The notes under the pieces were generated by a model. That model ran no database searches and had not been told where the DNA came from. It was given only the letters and a program-made list of their open reading frames with translations. A stretch of 64,000 nt of DNA from NCBI GenBank assembly GCA_963851265.1, contig CAWKNZ010000007.1, positions 384,001 to 448,000 of the forward strand, written 5' to 3'. This document shows, piece by piece, positions 9,632 through 20,892 of the stretch (position 1 is the first letter of the stretch; each line of letters begins with the position of its first letter). The stretch comes from an uncultured Gemmatimonadales bacterium (GTDB taxonomy: Bacteria > Gemmatimonadota > Gemmatimonadetes > Gemmatimonadales > Gemmatimonadaceae). Made by a program: the position numbers and the translations under genes.

Positions 9632-10707
9632 ATGCGTGTCGCCCCACTCCTCCTTGCCGCCGGAATCTTGCCGGCCGCACTCCGCGCGCAATCCACGGAG
9701 GGTACACGGAGCGGTACACGCTGCGTGGCGACGACGTGGCAGTTTACGACCCCGCCGGCCGCGTGCAGGTGGTCGCGGGGACGGGCGGCGACGTGGTCGT
9801 CGAGGTCACGCGCCGCGGCCGCGACGCGGGGCGCCTGCGCGTCCTCACGGGCGAAGTCCGCGGGCACGATGCGCTGCGCGTGGTCGCGCCCGCGGGCGAC
9901 CTCGTCTATCCCGATCTCTCACGCGGGTCGAACGTCACGCTCCACGTCAACTCCGACGGCACGTTCGGGGGAAACCAGGGCGGCGGCCTGTTCGGCCACT
10001 TCACCTCGGACGACCTCACGATCCGCCGCGACGGGCGTGGCGTCGAGGCGTCGGCCGACGTGACGGTCTACGCGCCGGCGGGCCGCCGACTGACCGTGCG
10101 CCTCGGTGCGGGCGCCGCCAGCGCGCGCGACGTCGACGGCGATCTCACGTTGACTGCCGTCGCGGGCCAGGTCGCCACCGAACGCACCCGCGGTCGCCTC
10201 GTCGTCTCGGCGGGCAGCGGTCCGGTGCGCGTGCGGGATGCGCAGGGTCAGGAGGTCAACCTCGACACCGGATCCGGCGGCGTCGACGTGCGCGGCGTGC
10301 GCGCCGACCGCGTGCGCGTGGACGCGGGCTCGGGCAGCGTCAGCGGCGGCGAGATCGAGACGGGCGACGCCGCCATCGACGTCGGGTCGGGCGGCTTGCG
10401 GCTCGAACGGCTGCGTGCGCGCACGCTCAAGCTCGACGCAGGGAGCGGAAGCGTGGAGGTCGAACTCGCCGGCACGGTCGACAGCGCTCGGATCGACGCG
10501 GGGTCGGGCGGAATCATCCTGCGCCTGCCGCCGACGCTGGGCGCGACGCTCGATGTGGAAGCCGGGAGCGGCGGAATCCACACCGAGATCCCGGTGCAGG
10601 TGACGCGCACCGAGCGGACCCACCTGACCGGGCGCGTCGGGGACGGGCGTGGTCGGATCGTGATCGACGCAGGGTCGGGCGGCGTGAGAATCGGGGCGGC
10701 GCGGTAA
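9632..10707 (+). pseudogene. Secreted DUF4097-like beta-strand repeat protein, frameshifted just after the signal peptide
   Basis: Signal peptide MRVAPLLLAAGILPAALRAQ is in a different frame from the repeated D-x-GSG body; 11-bp imperfect duplication at 9695-9705. Confidence 0.7.
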
Positions 10708-10760
10708 TGCGGCGTCGGCCTCGGCAGTCGATCGGTCCGCCGAATCCTCGACGAGGCACG

Positions 10761-10790
10761 AAAAACCCCCCGGCCGAGGGCCGGGGGGTT
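10761..10790 (-). terminator. Intrinsic terminator downstream of rpmE2
   Basis: CCCCCCGGCC/GGCCGGGGGG stem, 3-nt loop, followed by TTTTT on the minus strand. Confidence 0.85.
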
Positions 10791-10824
10791 CAGCGTCGCC
10801 GTCGCGCGTGGCGCGACTAACCTC

Positions 10825-11067
10825 TCAACGCCCGTAACGCTTCTTGAACTTGTCGACGCGTCCCTGCGTGTCCACGAGCCGCTGCTCGCCCGTGTAGAAC
10901 GGGTGCGACATGTTCGTGATTTCGAGCGGGATCACCGGATACTCGTTGCCGTCGGAGAGCCGGATCTTCTGCTCGCTCGTCATCGTCGAGCGCGTGACGA
11001 TGAGCTGACCGTTGGACAGGTCCTTGAAGACCACGGGGTGGTAGAGCGGATGCGTGTCGTTCTTCAT
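10825..11067 (-). CDS. rpmE2: 50S ribosomal protein L31 type B (no CxxC motifs)
   Basis: MKNDTHPLYHPVVFKD...SHPFYTGEQRLVDTQGRVDKFKKRY, 80 aa; AGGA RBS. Confidence 0.95.
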   Translation of the reverse strand: MKNDTHPLYHPVVFKDLSNGQLIVTRSTMTSEQKIRLSDGNEYPVIPLEITNMSHPFYTGEQRLVDTQGRVDKFKKRYGR

Positions 11068-11241
11068 ATGAGTCCTGCGGTCGCCCGCGGCACGTGGCAG
11101 AATTGATGTCGGCGGCCGGAGGCCAACCGCGCGCAGCCAACGAACATAACGAAAGCGCAGGCGGTTCTCCACTCCCGTTCGCGCTCGAGGACCGTCGCGA
11201 CGCTGGACGGGTCTCGCCGTCGCGGACGAGGCTGCGCCGAC

Positions 11242-11697
11242 TCAGCGCGTGCGGGTGACGGCCGCGGCCGCCCGCACGACCGTCGTCATTTCGGCGCGCA
11301 CGACCTCCCGGCCGTCGACCGTCGCACGTCCAACGGTGCGGCAGATCCCCCGCTTGAACTGGCGGAGGGTGACCTCGAGCCGCAGCTCGTCGCCGGGCAC
11401 CGCGCCCCCACGACAGCGGACGCGGTCGAACCCCATGAAGTACGCGACGGTCGTCGCCGGATCGCCGGCCATGCCCAGGAGCAGCGCGCCGGAGGTTTGA
11501 GCGAGCGCCTCGATCACGAGCGCGGCCGGCATGGCGCGCACGTCGTCGGCGCGCCCGCGCATGAACCATTCGTCGGCCGTGACTCGCTTGACTCCGACCA
11601 CCCGCACCCCCGGGTCGAGTGCGACGATCCGGTCGACGAGCAGGAACGGATACCGGTGCGCGAGGAGCCCGAGCAGGTCCGTGCCGACGTCCCTCAG
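11242..11697 (-). CDS. fabZ: FabZ-like hotdog-fold dehydratase (divergent)
   Basis: HRYPFLLVDRI, GVKRVT, MPAALVIEALAQ, VPGDEL; start probably CTG at 11697. Confidence 0.75.
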   Translation of the reverse strand: MRDVGTDLLGLLAHRYPFLLVDRIVALDPGVRVVGVKRVTADEWFMRGRADDVRAMPAALVIEALAQTSGALLLGMAGDPATTVAYFMGFDRVRCRGGAVPGDELRLEVTLRQFKRGICRTVGRATVDGREVVRAEMTTVVRAAAAVTRTR

Positions 11698-12239
11698 GGC
11701 GCGCCGCCTTCGCCGGCGAGCTCGACGCGCCACTCGATGCGCAGCGCCGGGTCGAGCGAGTCGCGCACCGAGCAGTACTTCGTGACGGCAAGCTCTACTG
11801 CGCGTTCGGCATGCGCGCGTTCGATCCCCGCGCCGGCCATCGAGTACACGAGCGCGACGTGCGTGAGGCGACCCGGCGTGCCCTGAAAGCGCTCGCCTTC
11901 CACGTCGATCGACAGCGACTCGAGCGGGGTGCGGCGCTTGGCGAGGATGTCGACCACGTCGACCGCGGTGCACGCCGCGAGTGCCGCAAGCAGCGCGTCG
12001 ACCGGGCTCGGCCCCGACCGTCCACTCGAGTCGAGCCGCACGGCGGGCCCGCCCGGGCGGCCGGCGTCGAACACGTGGTGGCCTTCCCAACGCACCGCCA
12101 CACGGGCCGGGGCGCGCGTGGTCGACGCGTTCGACACAACCGCCGGAGCGGCTGTGGCCGTGGCCGGATCGGCGACCGCGGGGGCAGCCGTCGGAACGTC
12201 GCCGCCCGGGGTGGCGGGGCTCGTCGGGTCGACCACCAT
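11694..12239 (-). CDS. OsmC/YhfA family protein
   Basis: GPSPVDALLAALAACTAVDV and AVELAVTKYCSV; TGATG overlap with the upstream gene. Confidence 0.88.
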   Translation of the reverse strand: MVVDPTSPATPGGDVPTAAPAVADPATATAAPAVVSNASTTRAPARVAVRWEGHHVFDAGRPGGPAVRLDSSGRSGPSPVDALLAALAACTAVDVVDILAKRRTPLESLSIDVEGERFQGTPGRLTHVALVYSMAGAGIERAHAERAVELAVTKYCSVRDSLDPALRIEWRVELAGEGGAP

Positions 12240-13150
12240 CAGCGGGCGTCTCCGGTGGCCGCCGCCGGCCCGACTTCGATGGGCGCACGGACCGCGTTCC
12301 CCCACTCGGTCCACGACCCGTCGTAGTTGCGCACGCGGTCGTAGCCGAGGAGATAGGTGAGCACGAACCAGGTGTGACTCGACCGCTCGCCGATGCGGCA
12401 GTACGTGACCACGTCATCGCCCGGCGCCAGCCCGGCCTCGCCCTCGTAGATCGCGCGGAGCGCGTCGGCCGGTTTGAACGAGCCGTCCGCGTCGGCTGCG
12501 CGGGCCCAGGGCACGCTGCGCGCTCCGGGGATGTGGCCGCCGCGGAGCGCGCCCTCCTGCGGGTAATCGGGCATGTGCGTGCGTTCGCCGGTGAACTCGG
12601 GAGTCGATCGCACGTCGATCATCGGGCGGCCCGCGCGCATGTGGTCCATCACGTCGTCGCGGAATGCCCGCGCGGCCGCGTCGTCGCGCTCGGGCGCGGA
12701 GTAGTCACTCGGTGCGAACGTCGCTCGTTCCTCGGTCATCGGGCGGCCCTCGGCCTCCCACTTCGCCCGACCGCCGTCCATCACGCGCGCGTTCGCGAAC
12801 CCGAACAGGCGGAACACCCAGAACGCGTACGTCGCCCACCAGTTGTTCTTGTCGCCGTAGAACACGACGGTGTGCGAGTCGTCGACACCGAGGCGCCGCA
12901 CGAGGGCCTCGAACTGGGTGCGATCGACGTAGTCGCGAACGACGGCATCGTTCAGGTCGGCGTGCCAGTCGAGCTTCTGCGCCCCGGGGACGTGTGCGAG
13001 GTCGTACAGGAGCACGTCCTCGTCGCTCTCGAGCAGGCGGAGCGCGGGGTCGTCGAGGTGCGCGGCGACCCACTCGGTCGAGACGAGCGCTTCCGGGTGC
13101 GCGTAGCCCTTGGCGGCGACGGCAGGGTCGAGCACGGTGTTCGTGGGCAT
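12239..13150 (-). CDS. Sulfurtransferase (double-domain rhodanese, SseA/CysA-like)
   Basis: HIPGA, active-site loop [18 protein letters not shown]. Confidence 0.93.
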   Translation of the reverse strand: MPTNTVLDPAVAAKGYAHPEALVSTEWVAAHLDDPALRLLESDEDVLLYDLAHVPGAQKLDWHADLNDAVVRDYVDRTQFEALVRRLGVDDSHTVVFYGDKNNWWATYAFWVFRLFGFANARVMDGGRAKWEAEGRPMTEERATFAPSDYSAPERDDAAARAFRDDVMDHMRAGRPMIDVRSTPEFTGERTHMPDYPQEGALRGGHIPGARSVPWARAADADGSFKPADALRAIYEGEAGLAPGDDVVTYCRIGERSSHTWFVLTYLLGYDRVRNYDGSWTEWGNAVRAPIEVGPAAATGDAR

Positions 13151-13322
13151 CCGCGGAAGTTAGCCGCGGCGTGGGGCGCGCGTCCGACGCGGGCGGGACG
13201 GCGCGCCGTTTCGCAGGCCGCGCTGTACCTTTTCACGCCACGGCCGCACGCCCGCCCGGCACGTCGCTGCCGGGGCGGCCGAGGCCGCGCCACGCCACAC
13301 TTCTATCTCCGTCGACCGCTCG

Positions 13323-14513
13323 ATGCCCGTCGTGCACTCCCGCTCCGCCGCCGTCCTCCTCGCCGCCGCATGTGCCGCGGCGTGTGCCACCGCCCAGGCA
13401 GGTGCCCAGAGCTCGTCCGCCGCGAACGGGTCGGCGCGCCAGCAGCCCGGCGTGACGCGGGCGCCGTTCGGCGCGCTGCCAGACGGGCGCGCGGTCGAGC
13501 GGTTCACGCTGACCAACGCGCACGGCATCACGCTGCAGGCGATAACGTACGGCGCGATCATCACCACGCTGCGCACGCCCGACCGCGCGGGCCACCTCGA
13601 CGACATCGTCCTCGGCTTCGACAGCGCCGCGGGCTACCCGCTCGGCAAGTCGCCCTACTTTGGCGCGGTCGTCGGCCGCTACGCCAACCGCGTCGCGAAC
13701 GGGCGCTTCACGGTCGACGGGCAGACGTACCAGCTGGCGCGCAACGACGGGCCCAACACGCTCCACGGCGGGCTCGTGGGCTTCGACAAGCAGATCTGGA
13801 CGGGGCAGCCGTTTCGACACGGCGACAGCGTGGGCGTCACGTTCAGCCGCGTGAGCGCGGACAAGGAAGAGAACTTCCCCGGCAACCTGACGACGCGCGT
13901 GACCTACACGCTCACGCCGCGGGACCAGCTCGTGATCGACTACGTGGCGACCACCGACCGCGCCACGCCGGTCAACATGTCGCAGCACACCTACTGGAAC
14001 CTCGGCGGCGCGGGCAGCGGGACCATCAACAACGAGGTCATCGCGATCGACGCGTCGTCGTACACGCCGGTGGACTCGACGCTGATCCCGACGGGCGAGA
14101 TCGCGCCGGTGGCGGGGACGCCGTTCGACTTCCGCAAGCCGACCGCGATCGGCGCGCGCGTGGGGCAGACCAACACGCAGCTGCGCTACGGCAAGGGCTA
14201 CGATCACAACTGGGTGCTCGACCGCGGCGGCCGGACGGGGCTCGTGCACGCGGCGCGCGTCGTCGACTCCGCCTCCGGCCGGACGCTCGACGTCGCGACC
14301 ACGGAACCGGGCCTCCAGTTCTACGGCGGCAACTTCCTCGACGGCACGATCCGCGGGAAGGGCGGGCGCGTGTACGCCTACCGGTCGGCTCTGGCGCTCG
14401 AGACGCAGCACTTCCCCGACTCGCCGAACCACGCGAATTTCCCGAGCACGATCCTGCGCCCCGGCACCACGCTGCGGTCGCGGACGGTGTTCACGTTCGG
14501 CACCACGCGTTAG
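13323..14513 (+). CDS. galM: Aldose 1-epimerase (galactose mutarotase) with N-terminal signal peptide
   Basis: GRYANR, LHGG, HTYWNL, GYDHNW, LETQHFPDSPN. Confidence 0.93.
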   Translation: MPVVHSRSAAVLLAAACAAACATAQAGAQSSSAANGSARQQPGVTRAPFGALPDGRAVERFTLTNAHGITLQAITYGAIITTLRTPDRAGHLDDIVLGFDSAAGYPLGKSPYFGAVVGRYANRVANGRFTVDGQTYQLARNDGPNTLHGGLVGFDKQIWTGQPFRHGDSVGVTFSRVSADKEENFPGNLTTRVTYTLTPRDQLVIDYVATTDRATPVNMSQHTYWNLGGAGSGTINNEVIAIDASSYTPVDSTLIPTGEIAPVAGTPFDFRKPTAIGARVGQTNTQLRYGKGYDHNWVLDRGGRTGLVHAARVVDSASGRTLDVATTEPGLQFYGGNFLDGTIRGKGGRVYAYRSALALETQHFPDSPNHANFPSTILRPGTTLRSRTVFTFGTTR

Positions 14514-14522
14514 GCATCTCCG

Positions 14523-15619
14523 ATGGCCGACGCACCCTCCGGTAATCCCCCCGGGCCCTCGCTGCAGAGCCTCGCCGAGCGTCCGCACCGCCGGCACAAC
14601 CCACTCACGGGCGAGTGGGTGCTCGTCTCGCCGCACCGCACGCAGCGCCCGTGGCAGGGGCAGGTCGAGACCACGGCCGCGGCCGCGCGGCCGCGGTACG
14701 ACCCCACGTGCTACCTCTGCCCGGGCAACGTGCGCGCGAACGGCGAGCGCAACCCGGACTACCCGGGCACGTTCGTCTTCACGAACGACTACGCCGCGCT
14801 GATGCCCGCCGACGACGCGACGCCCGCGGCGCCCGTGGTCGTCGACGCGGGGCACCTGCTGCGGGCGGAGGCGGAGACTGGGACCTGCCGCGTGCTCTGC
14901 TTCTCGCCGCGGCACGACCTCACGCTCGCGACGTTAGGCACGCCGGCCGTGCGCCGGGTCGTCGACGTGTGGGCCGAGCAGACGGCGGAGCTCGGGGCGC
15001 GTCCCGACATCGGCCACGTGCAGCTGTTCGAGAACCGCGGCGAGATGATGGGCGCGAGCAACCCGCACCCGCACGGCCAGCTGTGGGCCCAGCGGCACGT
15101 GCCGCTGCACACCGCGGGCGAGCTGGTGCGCCAGGGCGAGTACCACGCGCGGCACGGGCGCCCGCTGCTCGCCGACTACCTCGCCGCGGAGGAGCGGCTC
15201 GGGGAGCGCGTCGTGGTGGCCAACGACGAGTGGGTCGCGCTCGTGCCGTTCTGGGCGGTGTGGCCGTTCGAAACGCTCGTGCTGCCGCGGCGCGCCGCGT
15301 CGTCGCTTCCGGAGCTGGACGCCGCCGCGCGCGACGGGCTGGCCGACGTGCTCTCGCGCCTCACCGCGACCTACGACCGCGTGTTCGACGTGCCGTTCCC
15401 GTACTCGATGGGCGTCCATCAGGCGCCCACGGACGGCGCCCGACGGCCCGAGTGCACGGTGCACCTGCACTTCTACCCGCCCCTCCTTCGCTCGGCGACG
15501 GTGCGCAAGTTCCTCGTCGGCTACGAGATGCTCGGCGAGCCTCAGCGCGACCTCACGCCGGAGAGCGCGGCGGAGCGGCTGCGCGCGCTCGCGACGCGAC
15601 CCGCCACGACCAACGTCCC

Positions 15620-15623
<4 letters not shown>
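14523..15623 (+). CDS. galT: UDP-glucose--hexose-1-phosphate uridylyltransferase
   Basis: [45 protein letters not shown]. Confidence 0.96.
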
Positions 15624-16801
<1,178 letters not shown>

Positions 16802-16853
16802 GCTCGTGCCGCCGACCCCGCCTGCGCTCCCCACGTCGCTTCCCGTCATCCTG

Positions 16854-18110
16854 ATGCCCACGTTTTTGTCCGCCCGACGCGCCGCCTGTGGCGCGCTCGC
16901 CACCATCCTCCTTGCGGTCGCGCCGGCCGCACGCGCGGGCGCCCAGGGCGTTGCCACGCCGCGGCCGCCGCGCGACACGCGCCCGAGCGCGACCACGCTG
17001 CAAGTCGCTGGGGCCGCCGCTGACGGCCAGTGGACGCCGGCGCACGCGCGCGCGTGGTACGACTCCGTCGGCTGGGTGGCGGGGAGCAACTTCCTGCCGA
17101 GCACGGCGAGCAACGAGCTCGAGATGTGGCAGGCCGCGACCTGGGATCCTGCGACGATCGACAAGGAACTCGGCTACGCGGAATCGCTCGGCATGAACAC
17201 GATGCGCGTGTTCCTGCACGACCTCGCCTACAAGCAGGACCCGCAGGGCTTCTTATCGCGCGTCGACCAGTTTCTGGCGATCGCCGACAAGCACCACATC
17301 CGCCCGATGCTGGTGTTGTTCGACGCGTGCTGGGATCCGTTCCCGCACGCCGGGCCGCAGCGGCAGCCGTACCCGTGGGTACACAACTCGACGTGGGTGC
17401 AGAGCCCCGGCGTCGCGATCCTCAGCGACACCAGCAAGCACGACTCCCTGCGTCCGTACGTGACCGCGGTGGTCGGACGTTTCGCGCGCGACCGCCGCGT
17501 CCTCGCGTGGGACGTGATGAACGAGCCGGACAACATCAACCGGCCGGCATACTTCATCTTCGAACCGCGTAACAAGGGCGACTACTCGCTCGCGCTGCTC
17601 AAGAAGGCGTTCGGGTGGGCGCGGTCGGTGGGCGTGACGCAGCCGCTGACGACGGGGCCGTGGAAGGGCGACTACGCCGACACCGCCACGATGTTGCCGA
17701 TCACGCGCTGGCAGCTCGAGCACTCGGACGTGATCACGTTCCACAGCTACGACGAGCTGCCGCGCACGCGCCAGCTCATCGCGGCGCTGCGCCGGTACAA
17801 CCGGCCGATCATCCTCAGCGAGTACATGGCCCGCCCGGTCGGCAGCACGTTCCAGACGCATCTTCCGGTGCTCGCGACCGAACACGTGGGCGCGATCAAC
17901 TGGGGCTTCGTGCAGGGTCGCTCACAGACGATCATGCCGTGGGATTCGTGGACCCGCGAGTACACGGGCGAGCCGCCGGTGTGGTTCCACGACATCTTCC
18001 GCACGGACGGCACGCCGTACCGGTCGGAGGAGGTCGCGCTGATCCGGCAGGTGACCGGCGCGAACGTGAAGGGCGCCGCGAGGCGGTCGGCGGCGACGCG
18101 CGGCAACTGA
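16854..18110 (+). CDS. Secreted clan GH-A glycoside hydrolase (GH5, probably subfamily 13)
   Basis: Signal peptide; GSNFLPSTASNELEMWQ, acid/base WDVMNEP, nucleophile LSEYMAR. Confidence 0.8.
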   Translation: MPTFLSARRAACGALATILLAVAPAARAGAQGVATPRPPRDTRPSATTLQVAGAAADGQWTPAHARAWYDSVGWVAGSNFLPSTASNELEMWQAATWDPATIDKELGYAESLGMNTMRVFLHDLAYKQDPQGFLSRVDQFLAIADKHHIRPMLVLFDACWDPFPHAGPQRQPYPWVHNSTWVQSPGVAILSDTSKHDSLRPYVTAVVGRFARDRRVLAWDVMNEPDNINRPAYFIFEPRNKGDYSLALLKKAFGWARSVGVTQPLTTGPWKGDYADTATMLPITRWQLEHSDVITFHSYDELPRTRQLIAALRRYNRPIILSEYMARPVGSTFQTHLPVLATEHVGAINWGFVQGRSQTIMPWDSWTREYTGEPPVWFHDIFRTDGTPYRSEEVALIRQVTGANVKGAARRSAATRGN

Positions 18111-18242
18111 CCGGGCGGCCTCGTCGCGGGTCATACGCTCACCGCCGCGGGAAGGACGAGGCCTTGAGATCGCCATTTCCGCGCGCGCCGGTCTGCGCTG
18201 CGGGGCGGATGCCGGGTCGATTGGCGGGTGTACCTTCCACGG

Positions 18243-19418
18243 GTGCACTCGCCCCTCTCTAACGTCGAGATCGCGGCGCCCACGTCGGCCGCGAGCGGCG
18301 CCGCCACCACCGCGTTCCGCGTCGACGGCTCCGCGATCGTCTACCGGCTGTACGACGTCGCATACGAGATTCGCCTCGACCGCGCGCTCGACCTGCTGGC
18401 CGCGAGCGCGCCCGCGCGCGTGCGGCCGGTGCGCGGCGAGGCGCAGGCGCTCCAGATCGCCAATCCGCCGCTGACGCTCATTCTCGGACAGGAGCAGGTG
18501 CGGATTGCCGACGTCGGCGCGTGCGACGCCGAGGTGTCGGCGCGGATCTTCGATTTCGGCGTCGTCTCGCTCCGCTTGCGCTTCGACGCGCCACGCGACG
18601 TGACGTGGGCGGAGTTCGCGCGCTTCGGCACGGCGGTCGACGTCGGCACCAACCTGACGCCCATCTTCGACCACCACCTGCGACTCCTGACCGAGCGCAT
18701 CGCGCCGGCGACCGAGCGAGCGAACGTCGCCGCGCAGACCGAGGATTACGTGGTGTTCCGCGTCGACGCGCTCCGCGACGCGAGCGGCCGGCCGACGTCG
18801 CCGCAGGTGCTCGACGCCGCGACCGCCGCGCCGCTCCTGCTCGGCGAGTCGCGCCCGCTGTCGGCCGACGCGCGGCGCGAGTTGCTGCCGCACCGGTTCA
18901 GCTACTACGCCGACGACCTCGCCATCCTCACATGGGACAACGCGCTCGTCGTCGAGCCGCGCGCGAGCGACGCGGACGTGCAGTACATCCTCGAGTTCGC
19001 GAACGCCCAGCTGCTCGAGCTGCGGTACTACGACGCCGTGCTCGACGCGGAGTTGCCGGCAACCAACGACCGGATCGCGGCGGCGCGGCGCGGCGTCGCG
19101 CACCTGCTGCGCCGCGGGTACGCGCCACTGTTGCGCGAGCTGCAGGCACGCGTGACAGACTCCACCGAGCTCGTCGAGCGTGCCGAGAACGCGCTCAAGG
19201 TCACCGACGACGTGTACCTCGCGCGCGTGTATTCGGCGGCGCTCGACATCTTTCGCGCGCGTGCCTGGCGCGCGGGGATCGACCGCAAGCTCACCATCCT
19301 GCGCGACACGTACGGGATGCTGAACGCGGAGGCACAGGCCGCGCGCGGAGAGGTGCTCGAGGTGACCGTCGTCCTGCTGATCTTCATCGAGATCGTGCTC
19401 GCGGCCGTGCGGCACTAG
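18243..19418 (+). CDS. Conserved hypothetical membrane protein (RMD1/DUF155-like, C-terminal TM helix)
   Basis: RIFDFGVVSLR, ILEFANAQLLELRYYD, DVYLARVY, LEVTVVLLIFIEI; start chosen from the upstream TACCTT. Confidence 0.7.
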   Translation: MHSPLSNVEIAAPTSAASGAATTAFRVDGSAIVYRLYDVAYEIRLDRALDLLAASAPARVRPVRGEAQALQIANPPLTLILGQEQVRIADVGACDAEVSARIFDFGVVSLRLRFDAPRDVTWAEFARFGTAVDVGTNLTPIFDHHLRLLTERIAPATERANVAAQTEDYVVFRVDALRDASGRPTSPQVLDAATAAPLLLGESRPLSADARRELLPHRFSYYADDLAILTWDNALVVEPRASDADVQYILEFANAQLLELRYYDAVLDAELPATNDRIAAARRGVAHLLRRGYAPLLRELQARVTDSTELVERAENALKVTDDVYLARVYSAALDIFRARAWRAGIDRKLTILRDTYGMLNAEAQAARGEVLEVTVVLLIFIEIVLAAVRH

Positions 19419-19512
19419 CGCAGCCCGAACGGCCGAGCGGCAGCCGTACGCCGGGACGGGCCAGTTCAGCCCCGCCGGCGCGACGGTGGCGGGGTCCTCG
19501 GCGGTCGGGGCA

Positions 19513-19533
19513 CCGTGCAAAGACTTTGCACGG
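19513..19533. promoter_or_regulatory. Perfect palindrome, candidate transcription-factor site
   Basis: CCGTGCAAAG-A-CTTTGCACGG in intergenic DNA. Confidence 0.5.
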
Positions 19534-19583
19534 CGGTGGCGGGCGCGCGGGCGCCGGGCCGGGCAGGCGTTAGGTTCCGGCGG

Positions 19584-19994
19584 ATGACCGGAGCGACCGT
19601 TGCCCAGACCGTGAACCTCGGCCTTCACCTACCGGCCGCGGTTCTCCGTTGGTGGGTCGCCCCGTGGCCGACCGTCCCGACCACGCGCGACGAGGCGTTA
19701 CAGGCGGCGGTTGGCGTCGGGGGGGCGTTGCTCGTGCTGTACGCGGGCTGGGCGCACACCGCGCACCGCGCGACGGTAACGCAGGTGCGCGGCGTCGCGT
19801 CCGCCGGTGTCGGCTTCCTGTTGAGTGCGTACGCGTCGTCCGCGCTCCGCGGACACCCCGTGCTCGGGCCCGCGGTGTCGATGGTGGGAGTCGCACTCGT
19901 CTTCCGGGCGAGCGTGGCGCTCGTACGGGAGCGCCACGACGCACGCGCCCACACCGAACGCGACGCGCGCGGCGGCGGACCGCCCAAGCCGTGA
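19584..19994 (+). CDS. Small hypothetical membrane protein
   Basis: About three hydrophobic segments; TAGGTT 7 nt before the ATG. Confidence 0.55.
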   Translation: MTGATVAQTVNLGLHLPAAVLRWWVAPWPTVPTTRDEALQAAVGVGGALLVLYAGWAHTAHRATVTQVRGVASAGVGFLLSAYASSALRGHPVLGPAVSMVGVALVFRASVALVRERHDARAHTERDARGGGPPKP

Positions 19995-20001
19995 GCGGAG
20001 C

Positions 20002-20367
20002 GTGACCACCTGGTCGATCGTGGGCGCACCGGCCAGCGCGCCGAAGGCACCCGCGCCGGTGATGGACGGCTACCGACACCACGTGCTCGTCTGCACCGGG
20101 GCGTACTGTGCCCCGGACCGGCGCGGGCGCGAGCTCTACGCGCTGCTCGCCCGGCTGCTGCAGCGCGAGGGGCTTCTGTTCGGCCCCGACCGCGTCAAGC
20201 GGGGCGAGACGCCGTGTCTGGGCGTCTGCACCGGCGGGCCGATCGTCGTCGTCTACCCCGAAGGCGTGTGGTACGCCGGCGTGACGCCCGCACTGCTGGA
20301 GCGGATCGTGGTCGAACACCTCAAGGGCGGGCGGGTGGTCGCGGAGGCGGTCTTCCACCGACTCTGA
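20002..20367 (+). CDS. Thioredoxin-like [2Fe-2S] ferredoxin
   Basis: [10 protein letters not shown]...[20 protein letters not shown]...IVVEHL; start may instead be ATG 20062. Confidence 0.88.
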   Translation: MTTWSIVGAPASAPKAPAPVMDGYRHHVLVCTGAYCAPDRRGRELYALLARLLQREGLLFGPDRVKRGETPCLGVCTGGPIVVVYPEGVWYAGVTPALLERIVVEHLKGGRVVAEAVFHRL

Positions 20368-20385
20368 GGGCCGCCGGGGGCGGGC

Positions 20386-20685
20386 CTAACGTGCGCGGCG
20401 GCGCAGCTCGTCCTGGAGTGCCCGGAGGTGACGCGGCCACACGTGCCGCGCGAGGTGGAGGAAGTTGCGCCGCGCGTCGGGCTCGGCGGTCAGGAACTCG
20501 GCGACGCCGCGGTGCCCCTTGCGCGTGTTGCAGGCCCCACACGCCGTCACTAGGTTGCCGCCCGACCGGTCGCCCCCCTTCACGCGCGGCTGGACGTGGT
20601 CGACGCTGAGCTGCTCGACGGGGAACTCGCCGCCGCAGTAGACACACCGGTGACCGTCGCGGGCGAACACTTCCTCGCGCCTCAT
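20386..20685 (-). CDS. Small HNH endonuclease
   Basis: RDGHRCVYCG...DHVQPRVKGG...NLVTACGACNTRK. Confidence 0.9.
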   Translation of the reverse strand: MRREEVFARDGHRCVYCGGEFPVEQLSVDHVQPRVKGGDRSGGNLVTACGACNTRKGHRGVAEFLTAEPDARRNFLHLARHVWPRHLRALQDELRRRAR

Positions 20686-20892
20686 CCGCTTTTCACCCCG
20701 CGCCGAGCGCCGCGATCCGCGATGCCGCCCCTCTTCGACCCGCGCCGCGCCATCCTCGGCGCCGCGCGCCGACTCGTCGACCCCGACGAGGCCGCGCCCG
20801 CGCCCGGCGACCAGCCGCCGCGCCTCACGGCGCAGGCGATCGGCGCATCACCGGGTCCCACGCCCGGTGCTCCACCTTCTGCCTCTCCGCGC

